Part shown: positions 1-11,353 of the stretch, piece by piece
Layout: every line of letters begins with the position of its first letter
How positions within the stretch are numbered: position 1 is the first letter of the stretch
Source: Desulfobulbus sp.
Lineage (GTDB): Bacteria; Desulfobacterota; Desulfobulbia; Desulfobulbales; Desulfobulbaceae
NCBI GenBank assembly: GCA_012729435.1
Contig: JAAYDD010000351.1
Coordinates: forward strand, 1 to 50,278
Direction of reading: 5' to 3'
DNA length: 50,278 nucleotides
Notes under the pieces: generated by a model
Database searches by the model: none
What the model saw: the letters and a program-made list of their open reading frames with translations, nothing else
What the model was told of the DNA's origin: nothing
Program-made: the position numbers and the translations under genes

Positions 1-303
1 ATACTCCGATTGCTGCAGCTCAACCTGTTTGCCAGAAGAGATTTGTTCGAGCTTTTTAAACCACCATCACCACAACATGTTGTTTCACCGCAGATCTTGC
101 TGTGGGAAAATCTGTGAGACAGCACTGATTCTTGCTCCAAACCTCTCATTCCAAAGACGTCATTACCCCATCCTGAGCCTACACCACAGAAAAATACATG
201 GAATGGCTATAAGACCAATTGCCCACCGGTTTAATCAAACGGGACCGGGTTCAACAGATGGAGCTGAATAGAACTGCATTGCGAAAACGAGTAATGTCTT
301 TGA

Positions 304-873
304 CTAGACCTCAACAAGAAAAATTCTTCGCAACTTATAAAAGTAATCGATTCCTGACCATACGGTAAGAATCAATGCAAAGTACATGATGATCAATCCA
401 ATCTCATGCAGATTTTTAATAGAAAGGACACCTGGAGGAAAAATCAAAATTCCAAGACCGATATACTGGAGGGTTGACTTCCATTTACCAAGACTGCTTG
501 CACTGACCACTATACCGGATGAAGACGCAACTCCACGGAGTCCGGTTACAATCATTTCCCGGCAGAGGATAATAAGTGCTATCCATGCAGGTAGTTTCCC
601 ACTTGCAACAAGCATGACTAATGCCGTTGTTACCAGCACCTTGTCAGCAAGCGGATCCATCAATTGACCAAGCACTGTAACGGCTTTATACTTTCTTGCA
701 AAATACCCATCGATCCAATCTGATCCGGCAGCGATGGAAAAAACCAGCCAGGCTGTCAACCCTATGGTATTGGTTTGCTCTTGCAGCAATAGGAAGGCCA
801 GGCAGCCGGAAAGTATGAACCGGCTGCCTGTTATTACATTGGGCAGGTTGATTATTTTGGAAAAACGTCTCAA
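304..873 (-). CDS. pgsA: CDP-diacylglycerol--glycerol-3-phosphate 3-phosphatidyltransferase
   Basis: NLPNVIT N-terminus and CDP-alcohol phosphotransferase motif DWIDGYFARK...LGQLMDPLADK; hydrophobic; start overlaps upstream stop. Confidence 0.93.
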   Translation of the reverse strand: MRRFSKIINLPNVITGSRFILSGCLAFLLLQEQTNTIGLTAWLVFSIAAGSDWIDGYFARKYKAVTVLGQLMDPLADKVLVTTALVMLVASGKLPAWIALIILCREMIVTGLRGVASSSGIVVSASSLGKWKSTLQYIGLGILIFPPGVLSIKNLHEIGLIIMYFALILTVWSGIDYFYKLRRIFLVEV

Positions 874-1604
874 TTGACGGTTACCATTTGTCTGACATTG
901 ATATTAGACGAAAAAGGAGGCCTACCGTTACGGTAGGAACGGTACGTTTCAAGTACCTTTGCAACATAATTTTGGGTTTCAGGAATCCCTGGAACAACTC
1001 CAAATGGCGCGACTCTTCCGGGACCGGCATTGTAAGCCGCAAGGCTTAGTTCCACATTTCCATTAAAATTGTCAAGGAGATATCGGAGATATTTGGTTCC
1101 TCCAATAATATTTTGGTAGGGGTCAAACGGATCATCCACAGCCATATCCCTGGCTGTTCCGGGCATAAGCTGCATCAATCCCTGAGCCCCTTTGGGGGAT
1201 AAAGCGTTCGGATTAAAATTTGATTCGGCTTTAATAACCGCCTTGATCAGTAACGGGTCCACCTGGTGGTATCTGGCAGCAAGCTGGATGTATCGTTCTA
1301 TGGTTTGTGGAGCGCTTCTAAATGTGTACCCGCCGTTCCGAAACGCCAGATTACCTCTGTTCATGGCCGTACCCGGCGAGAGACCATTATTGGAACGCCG
1401 CATAATCGTTTTGACCAGCTGATTCTCAGGTGAACCGATACGCCTGCTCGCCCGCGTGTTTAATTTATACCGGCCATCCCCCGGCACATTCGTATAATGA
1501 CAGACTCCCCGGGCATCGACGTAGGCATACATGGCTGCGTCCGCCGACATCGGCAGCGCAAGCAACAACATAAGAACCCCGGCAAAAAAAGAATAAACCC
1601 GCAT
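870..1604 (-). CDS. Soluble lytic transglycosylase (SLT domain) with signal peptide and DUF4124-like N-terminus
   Basis: AVIKAESNF, GAQGLMQLMP, AAYNAGPG motifs; YAYVDARGVCHYTNVP N-terminal; start set at ATG 1604. Confidence 0.88.
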   Translation of the reverse strand: MRVYSFFAGVLMLLLALPMSADAAMYAYVDARGVCHYTNVPGDGRYKLNTRASRRIGSPENQLVKTIMRRSNNGLSPGTAMNRGNLAFRNGGYTFRSAPQTIERYIQLAARYHQVDPLLIKAVIKAESNFNPNALSPKGAQGLMQLMPGTARDMAVDDPFDPYQNIIGGTKYLRYLLDNFNGNVELSLAAYNAGPGRVAPFGVVPGIPETQNYVAKVLETYRSYRNGRPPFSSNINVRQMVTVN

Positions 1605-1614
1605 GATAGCTGTA

Positions 1615-2259
1615 TTACTGTTGTCGTTTTTCCCAATCCGCAAGAAATTGTTTCATACCGATATCGGTTAACGGATGTTTTGCCAACTGGGCAATAACCT
1701 TATAGGGGATCGTGGCGATATCTGCTCCGAGAAGGGCTGATTCAACCACATGCATCGGGTGGCGCACCGATGCAACGATAACTTCGGTCGCAAACCCGTA
1801 ATTTCTCAGAATCGTCATTATATCGGATATTAAATCAAGACCGTTTACCGAAATATCATCCAGCCGACCAACAAAAGGGCTGACATACGCCGCACCTGCT
1901 TTCGCAGCCAATAGCGCCTGCGATGCAGAAAAAACCAGGGTGACATTTGTTTTAATCCCTTCGGAAGAGAGCTGTTTAACCGCCTTTAAACCCTCTTCAA
2001 TCATAGGAATTTTGATAACAATATTGTCAGCGATCTTTACCAGTTCACGAGCCTCTGTCACCATCCCCTGGGCATCAAGGCTCACAACTTCAGCACTCAC
2101 CGGCCCATCGACGAGGCCACAGATCTCTTTCAGAATCTCGAGAAACGGTCGTGGCTCTTTTGCAATAAGCGATGGATTGGTGGTCACGCCATCAACCATT
2201 CCTAAGGCTAATCCCTTTTTGATTTCATCAATATTGGCAGTGTCTATAAAGAATTTCAT
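1615..2259 (-). CDS. fsa: Transaldolase / fructose-6-phosphate aldolase (small TalC/Fsa family)
   Basis: [33 protein letters not shown]; 214 aa. Confidence 0.92.
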   Translation of the reverse strand: MKFFIDTANIDEIKKGLALGMVDGVTTNPSLIAKEPRPFLEILKEICGLVDGPVSAEVVSLDAQGMVTEARELVKIADNIVIKIPMIEEGLKAVKQLSSEGIKTNVTLVFSASQALLAAKAGAAYVSPFVGRLDDISVNGLDLISDIMTILRNYGFATEVIVASVRHPMHVVESALLGADIATIPYKVIAQLAKHPLTDIGMKQFLADWEKRQQ

Positions 2260-2522
2260 GACTCTCCTTGCTTCGTTTTTTCAGCAAATTCATCACAGCA
2301 TTGTTCGCTGCAGAAGTAATATGTCACACCGTTCTTTCGCAACCGAATTGCCTGATGCTTCGGAATTAACAGGTGACAGACAGGGTCTTCAACTAATACA
2401 TCCTGCGGGTCTGTATCAGGGTCCGGGATGAAGGAAGTCTGTTTTTTCTTCCGGTAACCACGGATGACATACCAACCGGCATAACAGAGAAGGGCGAGAA
2501 CCAAAAAACGTATGGCCAACAT
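2256..2522 (-). CDS. YHS/TRASH domain small membrane-anchored protein
   Basis: N-terminal TM helix; EDPVC...YYFCSEQC metal-binding motif. Confidence 0.8.
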   Translation of the reverse strand: MLAIRFLVLALLCYAGWYVIRGYRKKKQTSFIPDPDTDPQDVLVEDPVCHLLIPKHQAIRLRKNGVTYYFCSEQCCDEFAEKTKQGES

Positions 2523-2585
2523 AGCAATAAGAAGTCCTCACCTGCGGATACTCAAAAAGCATCCTTTATTCGTTAATCTGAGATC

Positions 2586-2613
2586 ATTATATAGGTAGTG
2601 GAACAAATGTCTA
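2586..2613 (-). promoter_or_regulatory. Putative sigma70 promoter for YHS-fsa-slt-pgsA
   Basis: Minus strand TAGACA-16 nt-TATAAT upstream of the YHS gene. Confidence 0.4.
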
Positions 2614-2657
2614 ACTGAATTTCCATCGTAACCTTTCCACCACTCAATCGACCTCTC

Positions 2658-3215
2658 CTAGGAACCGTTCTCCCAGCAACGGGGCATAATTTTTTGCCGA
2701 ACCTTTCGCTTGTGCAGATCTCTCAGGATCGTTCGCATTGTCTTTCGATGGTGCGGATGGATCAGCTCCGCAGCCACCTCTACGAGAGGCACCATGACGA
2801 ACAGACGCTCCGTCATCCGGGGATGAGGAACTGTGAGTTCCTCATCACTGATAACAGCATCTTCGTAGAGGAGAAGATCGAGATCAAGAGTACGATCATC
2901 GTAACCGTCTTGCCCGGGGACGTGCCTTCGACCATACCGCTGTTCAATATTCTGGAGAAAACGCAGCAGGGAGCGAGGGGGCAACACCGTCCGAACGAGC
3001 CCGACAGCATTGATAAACCAGCGTGAGCTGACCATATCCACAGGCTCACTATGGTATGGAGATGAAAGCGCGACCGGAAAAAGACCAGGATGTGCCTGGA
3101 TATCCAGCCATGCTTTTTGAATGGTCTCCAGAGGATTCCCCAGGTTAGATCCTAACCCGATAGCGGCGTTGTGAACAGTATAACCAGGGGAATCTCCGGG
3201 TTGAATAGGCGCCAC
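2658..3215 (-). CDS. folK: 2-amino-4-hydroxy-6-hydroxymethyldihydropteridine diphosphokinase
   Basis: IGLGSNLG, FINAV, RTLDLDLL, VPHPRM motifs; start uncertain. Confidence 0.92.
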   Translation of the reverse strand: MAPIQPGDSPGYTVHNAAIGLGSNLGNPLETIQKAWLDIQAHPGLFPVALSSPYHSEPVDMVSSRWFINAVGLVRTVLPPRSLLRFLQNIEQRYGRRHVPGQDGYDDRTLDLDLLLYEDAVISDEELTVPHPRMTERLFVMVPLVEVAAELIHPHHRKTMRTILRDLHKRKVRQKIMPRCWENGS

Positions 3216-3241
3216 AGCAACTAAGACGGCAAACCGGTCTT

Positions 3242-4054
3242 TTAAAACGTGTGCAGGTTAAGGACATCAAACATCGTATAAAGCCCCTTCGGCCTGTCCA
3301 CCACCCATCGGGCAGCCACCGCCGCACCTCGGGCAAAGTTGTCCCGGCTCGTTGCCCTGTGGGTGATTTCCAAACGTTCGCCCATCCCGGCGAAATAGAC
3401 GGTATGCTCGCCGACTATATCGCCGCCGCGAATTGTTTGAATTCCAATCTCACTGTCACTTCGTTCACCGATGATACCGTTGCGCTCCATGACCCCCACT
3501 TCATTCAAATCCCTGCCCAGAGCCGTCGCCGCCATCTGTCCCAGCTTCAGAGCAGTACCGGAGGGGGCATCTTTCTTCATGCGATGATGCGCTTCCACAA
3601 TTTCCACATCGTAGGCATCACCGAGAATAGCGGCCGTTTTTTCGACCAGTTTAAAAAGCACATTAACGCCCACCGCCATATTCGGTGACTGGACACAGGG
3701 GAAGTGCTTCTCTGCCAGCATTCTGATGGTCGCCAGCTCCTCCGGAGTAAGACCGGTTGTGCCGATCACCATCGCGGTGCCGCTCTCAGCCGCCCGACGT
3801 GCAAATTGGACTGTTGCCTCATGAAACGTAAAATCAATAAGTACATCAGCCCGATCAATAACCGAATCCACACCGTCGGTAATGGTAACACCGATTTCAC
3901 CCAATCCGCTGATCACTCCCGCATCCTTACCGATTGCGGCATTTCCCGACTGCTCAAAGGCCCCGGTTAACGTGAGTTCCGGATGACCGTGGACCATATG
4001 AATAATGCGTTGTCCCATTCTCCCGGCAGCACCGGCCACAACAACTCTGACCAT
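3242..4054 (-). CDS. dapB: 4-hydroxy-tetrahydrodipicolinate reductase
   Basis: GAAGRMG, GTTG, EAHHRMKKDAPSGTA; ATG 4054 preceded by GGAGG. Confidence 0.96.
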   Translation of the reverse strand: MVRVVVAGAAGRMGQRIIHMVHGHPELTLTGAFEQSGNAAIGKDAGVISGLGEIGVTITDGVDSVIDRADVLIDFTFHEATVQFARRAAESGTAMVIGTTGLTPEELATIRMLAEKHFPCVQSPNMAVGVNVLFKLVEKTAAILGDAYDVEIVEAHHRMKKDAPSGTALKLGQMAATALGRDLNEVGVMERNGIIGERSDSEIGIQTIRGGDIVGEHTVYFAGMGERLEITHRATSRDNFARGAAVAARWVVDRPKGLYTMFDVLNLHTF

Positions 4055-4075
4055 ACTCTCTCCTCCTGATGGCAA

Positions 4076-4957
4076 TTAAAGCAAACCGAGATCGATCATG
4101 TCCTTCTTCAACCGTTCGATACTTGGAAGGTCCATCTGGGTCATGGGTAAACGTACTTCCGCTGAGGCAATTTTTCCCAGCATCTCCAGAGCCTTCTTTG
4201 CCGGTGCCGGACTCGGATAACAGAACATGGCCCCCATGAGTGAAAAAAGCTCATAGTGCAGCTGCCTGGCTGTTGGTACATCATCTCGGGATGCGGCTTC
4301 AATCATTGCAGCGGTTTTTGCCGGCTCGACATTCGAAACCACAGAGATCACACCCTTGCCTCCGATGAGCACAGTCGGCATGGCCGTAAAATCATCTCCG
4401 GAAAGTACGATGAAGTCTTCGGGACACATCTGTATAATTTCACTGACCTGACTCAGATTGCCACAGGCTTCCTTGATACCGATCACGTTCGGTAGAGCCG
4501 CCAGACGGGCAACCGTTGCCGGGAGCATATTGGTAACGGTCCTGCCGGGCACGTTGTAGAGAACCATGGGTATATCAACGGCCTCAAGTATCGCCTTGAA
4601 ATGCTGATACAATCCCTCCTGGCTGGGTTTATTGTAATAGGGTACGACAGAAAGAACGGCATCAGCACCGCTTCTCTTTGCCGATTCGGTCAACTCGATT
4701 GCCTCCAGAGTGTTGTTTGCACCGGTTCCGGCAACAACGGGAACCCGACCTTTAACCGTCTGCACAGTCAGTTCGATAACCCGTTTATGCTCGTCAAAAC
4801 TTAAAGTAGCGGATTCACCCGTTGTTCCACAGGGAACGACCCCGTGAATACCGCTTGCTATCTGAAACTCAATCAGATCAACCAGCCCCTGTTCATCAAC
4901 CTTCCCGTTACGCATTGGCGTGACCAATGCGGTAAAGGCCCCCTCGAATCGTTTCAT
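4076..4957 (-). CDS. dapA: 4-hydroxy-tetrahydrodipicolinate synthase
   Basis: TALVTP, GTTGE, PYYNKP, LYNVPGRT, GIKEA, SGDD. Confidence 0.96.
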   Translation of the reverse strand: MKRFEGAFTALVTPMRNGKVDEQGLVDLIEFQIASGIHGVVPCGTTGESATLSFDEHKRVIELTVQTVKGRVPVVAGTGANNTLEAIELTESAKRSGADAVLSVVPYYNKPSQEGLYQHFKAILEAVDIPMVLYNVPGRTVTNMLPATVARLAALPNVIGIKEACGNLSQVSEIIQMCPEDFIVLSGDDFTAMPTVLIGGKGVISVVSNVEPAKTAAMIEAASRDDVPTARQLHYELFSLMGAMFCYPSPAPAKKALEMLGKIASAEVRLPMTQMDLPSIERLKKDMIDLGLL

Positions 4958-5052
4958 TGTCTCCTCCTTATAATTCGCCCCTCATCCAAGATACGGCCGG
5001 ATCTTAACTTTCAGCAACGAAACAGTCTTGTAAACACCGGCGTCTCCAGCCC

Positions 5053-5889
5053 TTACACAAAGGCTTCCGCCGTAATTTCACCTTTATACACGATATGAGC
5101 CGGACCTCGGAGTAAGACCATGGCCGCCTCCCTGTCTTCACGTTCAACCAGCTGTACAGTCAGCGCAACGCCGCCGGATGTAATCATGGCCACCGGGGAT
5201 TCGGCAAATCCTTTGGCAGCGGCAATCAGTGCTCCGGCCGCGGCACCGGTCCCGCAGGCCAGGGTTTCATCCTCAACGCCTCGCTCATACGTCCGGATTC
5301 GAAACCCGTCTGCTGTCCGGCCGATAAAGTTAACATTTGTTCCGGCAGGAGCAAAGTCAGGATGATGACGGATCAGACGCCCCAGACCGACGACATCAAT
5401 CGTATCAATATTATCAGTAAAGAGGACGGCATGCGGCACCCCGGTGTCAACACTGTGCACCAGGAACTTCTGTCCGTCGAGTTCAATCTGCCGATCAAAA
5501 AGAAAGGAGTGCGGCGGAGTCATCCGAATGGCCACCCGGGTATCGGCCACCGAGGCTTCAACTAGACCTGCCAAAGTCTCAAACTGCATCCGCGCGGCGG
5601 CAATCCCCTGCATATACGCAAAACGGGCCACACATCGCGCCCCATTCCCGCACATCTCCGCCTCGGAACCATCGGAATTGAAAAAACGCCAGGAAAAATC
5701 GGCTCGTGTTGATGGTTCAACAAAAAATACACCGTCCGCTCCCACGGAAAACTTCCGGCGGCAGAGGAGCCGGGAGAATTCCGCCATCTTTTCCTGGGGA
5801 ACAAGGGGCTGACGGTGGTCAATAATTATAAAGTCGTTACCGGCTCCATTCATTTTCCAGAACGGAATCGGTAGTGGGAGAGTATGCAT
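5053..5889 (-). CDS. dapF: Diaminopimelate epimerase
   Basis: KMNGAGNDF, NSDGSEAEMCGNGARC, RTYERGVEDETLACGTG; start set at ATG 5889. Confidence 0.96.
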   Translation of the reverse strand: MHTLPLPIPFWKMNGAGNDFIIIDHRQPLVPQEKMAEFSRLLCRRKFSVGADGVFFVEPSTRADFSWRFFNSDGSEAEMCGNGARCVARFAYMQGIAAARMQFETLAGLVEASVADTRVAIRMTPPHSFLFDRQIELDGQKFLVHSVDTGVPHAVLFTDNIDTIDVVGLGRLIRHHPDFAPAGTNVNFIGRTADGFRIRTYERGVEDETLACGTGAAAGALIAAAKGFAESPVAMITSGGVALTVQLVEREDREAAMVLLRGPAHIVYKGEITAEAFV

Positions 5890-5926
5890 ATATCCGCACG
5901 CCTCTTTGCTTCTGCTGACGTTTTGG

Positions 5927-6988
5927 TTAGTTGCTGAGGTATATCTCCCGGGAACGGGAGCTCTCATTGGCCGGATTCTGCGTATCGAAACTTGAGATCG
6001 AGTAATAGAGCGGTGCATCCGGTGCGTGACGGTCTGTAAAAATAGTCATCGGCAGGAGCACTTCACCGACCAGCGTCGGTGTACCCTGACCGACCGTTCG
6101 ACGGTACAGACGATATCCGGCCAGATCACTGCTCTCAACATGCTCCCAGAAGAGTTTAACCCCTGCAGCGGTCCGCAATCCTTCAAATGTATCTGGAACC
6201 GGAGGCGCCGTTCGATCCACCGGCTTCGCCTGCACGGCATCACTCAGGCCGCCGCGCACGACTCCCTGCGGATAAAGACTGACAGCCTGTATCTGATAGG
6301 AATACTCTCTACCGTTTTCTACAGCCTCATCTTTATAGCTGCTGGCAACAACGGGTTCGCCAAGTGCCTCAATTTTTCCGCCGTCAACCGCCCGATAAAT
6401 CTGATAATGCACCGCCGTGCTTTTTTCTCCGCCCTCTTCACTCTGGTCAACCGCCTGCCATTGCAGGACGTTGTTGCCGTCACCGGCCGCAACAGTCAGT
6501 CCCTGCGGGATACCGGGCGGTGTCTGCCAGAGAAAAGACACTTCGTTGGAATCCTGAGATTCGGTCCACCATCCGGTTTTACTGCGCACCATAAATACAT
6601 ACATATTCCCGGCCCGAAGATCCTTGACCTCATAGGTAACCGTACGTCCACCACCTGGAGGTACAAGCCCCCCGGGAAGAGAGACCCGGGTCGTATACGG
6701 AACAGGGCAGGTTGCACAGTAGGACTGCACCGGAATCTCAGCCCGGTACAATTCAAACCCATCAATCCTGTCAAGATCCCGACCGGTCACCGACTGCTTC
6801 GGATACTCCCAGGAAAGCACGGCCCCCTGATTATCGACGTCCACCCGAAGATTCTGAATGGCTCCGGGTACAGCATGCTGCGGGGGTATGGGTTTATCCT
6901 TAAACCCGCAGGCCGTCATCAGCACCACTGGCACCAAGACAGCTAACCAGCAGATTGCATACTGCGGCCGGTGTCCCTCTTTTTTCAT
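5927..6988 (-). CDS. Lipoprotein with fibronectin type III-like repeats
   Basis: Lipobox LMTAC-G; repeated W...Y-x-[IL]-YR...Y beta-sandwich pattern; CATC motif. Confidence 0.75.
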   Translation of the reverse strand: MKKEGHRPQYAICWLAVLVPVVLMTACGFKDKPIPPQHAVPGAIQNLRVDVDNQGAVLSWEYPKQSVTGRDLDRIDGFELYRAEIPVQSYCATCPVPYTTRVSLPGGLVPPGGGRTVTYEVKDLRAGNMYVFMVRSKTGWWTESQDSNEVSFLWQTPPGIPQGLTVAAGDGNNVLQWQAVDQSEEGGEKSTAVHYQIYRAVDGGKIEALGEPVVASSYKDEAVENGREYSYQIQAVSLYPQGVVRGGLSDAVQAKPVDRTAPPVPDTFEGLRTAAGVKLFWEHVESSDLAGYRLYRRTVGQGTPTLVGEVLLPMTIFTDRHAPDAPLYYSISSFDTQNPANESSRSREIYLSN

Positions 6989-8391
6989 GGTGTTATCCCC
7001 AGTACATCTTCCACACGGCGCAACGCCTCCTCCACTCTGACCCGACTTGTACCCCCATCGCTCTGGCGACTGTGCACGGACCCGTCAACGGAGAGGATAT
7101 CGAACACATCCGGTTCGATCAACTCGGAAAATTCCCGCAGTTCATCAATGGTCAGCTCTGTCAGTTCACACTCTCGTTCCTGGCACAGGGCGACAATACG
7201 ACCGACCACACCATGCGCCTGACGAAACGGCATGTTGCGGCGCACCAGATAATCAGCAAGATCGGTGGCCGTCATAAAACCGCCGACAGTGGCCTCCTCC
7301 AGCCGCTTCTCATTGAACTCGGTATTTTCAAGAAGCTCTGCCGTTATGGCCAGGCTTGCCTTCACTGTATCCAGAGCATCGAAGACCTGTTCTTTATCTT
7401 CCTGGAGATCACGATTATAGGTCAACGGCAGCCCTTTCACCGTCATCAGCAGGGCCACAAGCGCACCTGTAACCCGACCGGTTTTTCCCCGGATCAGCTC
7501 AGGGATATCAGGATTTTTTTTCTGCGGCATGATCGAGGATCCGGTGCAGTAGCGATCACCGATGCGTATGAAGTCGAACTCCTTGGACGACCATAGCACC
7601 AGCTCTTCGGACAGGCGACTGAGATGGAGCTGTATCAGATTGAGACAGAACAGCATCTCCAGGGCAAAATCCCGATCACCTGTCGTATCCATCGAGTTGG
7701 CGGTGACGGCTGGAAACCCCAGCTCCTCAGCCACTGACCGGCGATCAATGGGCAAACCGGTACCGGCCATGGCGGCCGCTCCGAGCGGCATAATGTTGAT
7801 CCGTTGACGGCAATCAGTCAAACGCTGCCGATCACGCCAAAACATCTCCACATAGGCGAGCAGATGATGAGACAGGAGCACCGGCTGCGCACGTTGAAGG
7901 TGGGTATATCCGGGCATGATCACCCCCAGATACTTTCTTGCCTGGCGGGCAAAAGCCTTTTGCGTCTCGCAAAGCAACCTGTCCAGAACATCGGCCTCGT
8001 CACGAAGGTAGAGCCGGAAATCAAGATTCACCTGATCGTTACGGCTGCGGGCGGTGTGCAGTTTCGCACCGGCCGGACCGATGCGGGCGGTCAGGGCGCT
8101 CTCAATATTCATGTGCACGTCCTCAAGTTCAGGCCTGAAGACAAACTCACCCCGATCGATCTCCGTTTCGATCTCGGTCAATCCGCGGATAATGGCATCG
8201 CAGTCCTCTTTGCTGATCAATCCCTGACGGGCCAGCATGCGGGCATGGGCCTTGGAGCCCATGATATCATGATGATACAGACGGGAATCGTAGTGTACCG
8301 AGGCACTGAAAGCCTCGACGGAGGCAGCGGTGGTGTCGGTAAACCGCCCTCCCCACATCTTGCCGGATGGTGAAGTTGAACGACTCTTCAT
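6985..8391 (-). CDS. argH: Argininosuccinate lyase
   Basis: [27 protein letters not shown]. Confidence 0.97.
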   Translation of the reverse strand: MKSRSTSPSGKMWGGRFTDTTAASVEAFSASVHYDSRLYHHDIMGSKAHARMLARQGLISKEDCDAIIRGLTEIETEIDRGEFVFRPELEDVHMNIESALTARIGPAGAKLHTARSRNDQVNLDFRLYLRDEADVLDRLLCETQKAFARQARKYLGVIMPGYTHLQRAQPVLLSHHLLAYVEMFWRDRQRLTDCRQRINIMPLGAAAMAGTGLPIDRRSVAEELGFPAVTANSMDTTGDRDFALEMLFCLNLIQLHLSRLSEELVLWSSKEFDFIRIGDRYCTGSSIMPQKKNPDIPELIRGKTGRVTGALVALLMTVKGLPLTYNRDLQEDKEQVFDALDTVKASLAITAELLENTEFNEKRLEEATVGGFMTATDLADYLVRRNMPFRQAHGVVGRIVALCQERECELTELTIDELREFSELIEPDVFDILSVDGSVHSRQSDGGTSRVRVEEALRRVEDVLGITP

Positions 8392-9587
8392 CTCTTCTGC
8401 TGATGGGCTTGAATACGTAAACGCAGACTGTTCAACCGGATGAATCCGGTGGCATCGGCCTGATTGTACACCTCATCCTCCTCAAAGGTGGCAAAAGATT
8501 CCGAATACAGCGAATGTGCCGATTTCCGCCCGACCGGTATACAGTTTCCCTTGTACAGCTTGAGCCGGACTGTTCCATTGACCGTGGCCTGGGTGTCGTC
8601 CATGGTTCGCTGCAACAGCCGCATTTCAGGAGAAAACCAGAAACCGTTATAGATGAGTTGCGAGTATCGCTGCACCAGGCTGTCGCGAATTGCCATGACC
8701 TCACGGTCCAGGGTGATGGTCTCAAGGTCCCGATGAGCAACGCGTAAAATCGTGCCGCCGGGAGTCTCGTAGACTCCGCGTGACTTCATACCGACAAAGC
8801 GGTTTTCAACCATATCCAGCCGGCCGATGCCGTTGGCACCGCCCAGGCTGTTGAGTTTTGTCATCATTGCCACCGGATCCAGGCGTTCACCGTCAATGGC
8901 AACCGGGTTTCCCTGTTCAAAATCGATTTCAGTGTATGTCGGTGTGTCCGGCGCCTTTTCCGGGGATACGGTCAGCTTGAACATCTCCTCGTCCGGCTCG
9001 TTCCACGGATCCTCAAGAAGTCCTCCTTCAAAACTGATATGCAGAAGATTTTCATCTGAGCTGTATGGATTTTTCTTGGTCACTGGAATCGGGATGCCGT
9101 GTTCCCGGGCAAAGGCAACGAGCTTTTGCCGTGAGTTGAGATCCCAGATACGCCATGGAGCAATGATGGTCAACCCGGGGTTCAGCGCCAGATAACTTAA
9201 TTCGAAACGGACCTGATCATTTCCTTTACCGGTGGCTCCGTGGCTGACTGCATCCGCACCTTCCTCAGCAGCTATGCGCACCTGCTCCTTGGCGATCAAC
9301 GGCCGGGCCAGAGATGTTCCCAGCAGGTACGATCCCTCATAGATGGCATTGGCCCGGAATGCAGGAAAGATGTAGTCACGGACAAACTCTTCACGCAGAT
9401 CAGATATAACAACCTTCTCGGCACCGGTGGCCAGCCCCTTGGCACGGACTGCGTCCCAGTCCTCCCTCTGCCCGATGTCAGCAGAATAGGCTATGACCGG
9501 ACAGCCGTACTCATTGGCCAGCCATTTCAGAATAACCGAGGTGTCCAACCCTCCGGAGTAAGCAAGTACAATCTTTTTTGTTGCCAT
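8388..9587 (-). CDS. argG: Argininosuccinate synthase
   Basis: [35 protein letters not shown]. Confidence 0.97.
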   Translation of the reverse strand: MATKKIVLAYSGGLDTSVILKWLANEYGCPVIAYSADIGQREDWDAVRAKGLATGAEKVVISDLREEFVRDYIFPAFRANAIYEGSYLLGTSLARPLIAKEQVRIAAEEGADAVSHGATGKGNDQVRFELSYLALNPGLTIIAPWRIWDLNSRQKLVAFAREHGIPIPVTKKNPYSSDENLLHISFEGGLLEDPWNEPDEEMFKLTVSPEKAPDTPTYTEIDFEQGNPVAIDGERLDPVAMMTKLNSLGGANGIGRLDMVENRFVGMKSRGVYETPGGTILRVAHRDLETITLDREVMAIRDSLVQRYSQLIYNGFWFSPEMRLLQRTMDDTQATVNGTVRLKLYKGNCIPVGRKSAHSLYSESFATFEEDEVYNQADATGFIRLNSLRLRIQAHQQKR

Positions 9588-9629
9588 AATATGTGACTCT
9601 ATATCATCCCATGGGGGCTAAAATTTCAG

Positions 9630-10556
9630 TTAACATGAACGGCCGGTGAGCATGAAGTGCTCTAAAATCGCCGCATGAATATGCATTTTGTTTTCGGCCT
9701 GATCAAACACCACACTTTGCCTCCCCTCCAGCACTTCATCCGTAATTTCCTCACCACGATGGGCGGGCAGACAATGGAGGACGATGGCATCTTTGGCAGC
9801 CTGTGCAAGAAGGGCTTCATCCAGCTGAAATCCCTGAAACACCTTCTGACGCTCTTCCTGTTCGGCTTCCTGGCCCATCGAAGCCCAGACATCCACATTC
9901 ACAACATCGGCACCGGCAATCGCCTTAGCCGGATCGTCATACACGGTAATCGGTGATGAACCGCGACTGCGCGCCTTGGCAAGAATTGCCGCATCAGGTT
10001 CAAAACCTGCCGGGCAGGCAAGGGTTAAAGGAAAACCAAACACCGAGGCCGCCTCAATCCAGGAATTGGCCATATTGTTACCGTCACCGATCCAGGCGGT
10101 TCTCGTCTGCTCCAGCGTTCCCTTACATTCCAGCACCGTCATGAGGTCACTGAGCACCTGGCAGGGATGATGAAGATCGGTGAGTGCATTGATTACCGGT
10201 ACTGTGGAATACCGGGCCAGCTCCTCCACCACCTCCTGGCCAAAGGTGCGCACGACAATCGCGTCCACATACCGGGACAGCACCCGGGCCGTGTCTTTCA
10301 GCGGTTCGCCGCGACCGAGCTGCGATTCTTTGGCGGACATGAAGATCACCTGTCCGCCAAGCCCGTACATGGCCGCCTCAAAAGAAACCCGTGTACGTGT
10401 CGATGGTTTTTCAAACAGCAGGCAGATGGTCCGGCCGGAAAGCTGCTGGTGACGGATACCCTGGCTTCGCTCTGCTTTTAAAACCCGGGCCCGATCAATG
10501 AACGACTGCAGATCTTTTTGAGAAAAATCGGCTAATGACAGGAGATGACTGTTCAT
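9630..10556 (-). CDS. argF: Ornithine carbamoyltransferase
   Basis: FEKPSTRTR, HPCQ, WASMG, HCLPA. Confidence 0.96.
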   Translation of the reverse strand: MNSHLLSLADFSQKDLQSFIDRARVLKAERSQGIRHQQLSGRTICLLFEKPSTRTRVSFEAAMYGLGGQVIFMSAKESQLGRGEPLKDTARVLSRYVDAIVVRTFGQEVVEELARYSTVPVINALTDLHHPCQVLSDLMTVLECKGTLEQTRTAWIGDGNNMANSWIEAASVFGFPLTLACPAGFEPDAAILAKARSRGSSPITVYDDPAKAIAGADVVNVDVWASMGQEAEQEERQKVFQGFQLDEALLAQAAKDAIVLHCLPAHRGEEITDEVLEGRQSVVFDQAENKMHIHAAILEHFMLTGRSC

Positions 10557-10733
10557 GAAAATACACTTTCCTCACATCCGGCGCCGCTAGGGCACCTCTT
10601 CCAGGCACACGCAGGTCGCATGGGCCGTATTTAACCGCAAAAAAAATTAACTGATACAAAAAAACAGCGGGTTTGCAAAGTGATTTTAGGGGAAACCGCG
10701 CCTCCTCCCTGTGCACACTCAGCACTGCGGCGG

Positions 10734-11321
10734 CTACAGTATTCCTCCGCCGGAGGGGTCGAAAAAAAGAGCGGAAACAAGAATCTTAACACCGATGCCG
10801 ATCAAAAGAGCGCCGCCGATAACCTCAACATGCTTTCCCCAACGCTGACCGGCCCTGGTCCCGAAGTAAAGACCAGCAACTGTAAAACCGCATGCCACGA
10901 GCCCGATGACCAGTGCCGGAAACCAGATCGTCACTCTGAGCATCGCCAGACTCAGGCCGACGGCCAGGGCATCGATGCTCGTGGCGATGGAGAGCATCAC
11001 CATGGTCAGCCCGCGGCTCGGATCCCGCTGCTCTTTCGTGTCTCCCGCCACTGTAATCGCCTCCCGTATCATCCGCACACCGATGAACAGAAGAAGCGAA
11101 AAGGCGATCCAGTGACTCCAGCCAACTGTAAACACCTGCAGGGTCTGTCCGGCTGACCAGCCGATCACCGGCATCATGGCCTGAAAAAAGCCAAAGTGAA
11201 AGGCGAGCCGAAAACATGGACGGAAGGACAGGGGGCAGATTGCAGCACCTGCCGCAAGTGCAACTGCAAAGGCATCCATGGCCAGGGCCACGGCAATGGC
11301 CATCAGCGACAAGGGGTCCAC
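10734..11321 (-). CDS. mntP: Manganese efflux pump MntP family
   Basis: ALAMDAFAV and ATSIDALAVG duplicated motifs; FGFFQAMMP; multi-TM. Confidence 0.9.
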   Translation of the reverse strand: MDPLSLMAIAVALAMDAFAVALAAGAAICPLSFRPCFRLAFHFGFFQAMMPVIGWSAGQTLQVFTVGWSHWIAFSLLLFIGVRMIREAITVAGDTKEQRDPSRGLTMVMLSIATSIDALAVGLSLAMLRVTIWFPALVIGLVACGFTVAGLYFGTRAGQRWGKHVEVIGGALLIGIGVKILVSALFFDPSGGGIL

Positions 11322-11353
11322 AGGTCAGCAGAAACGGCGGCAGAATCCGGGTA

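Noticed and set aside
1-300. tRNA cluster or gene downstream of pgsA
   Set aside because: No tRNA motifs. The short open frames on either strand have no identifiable features.
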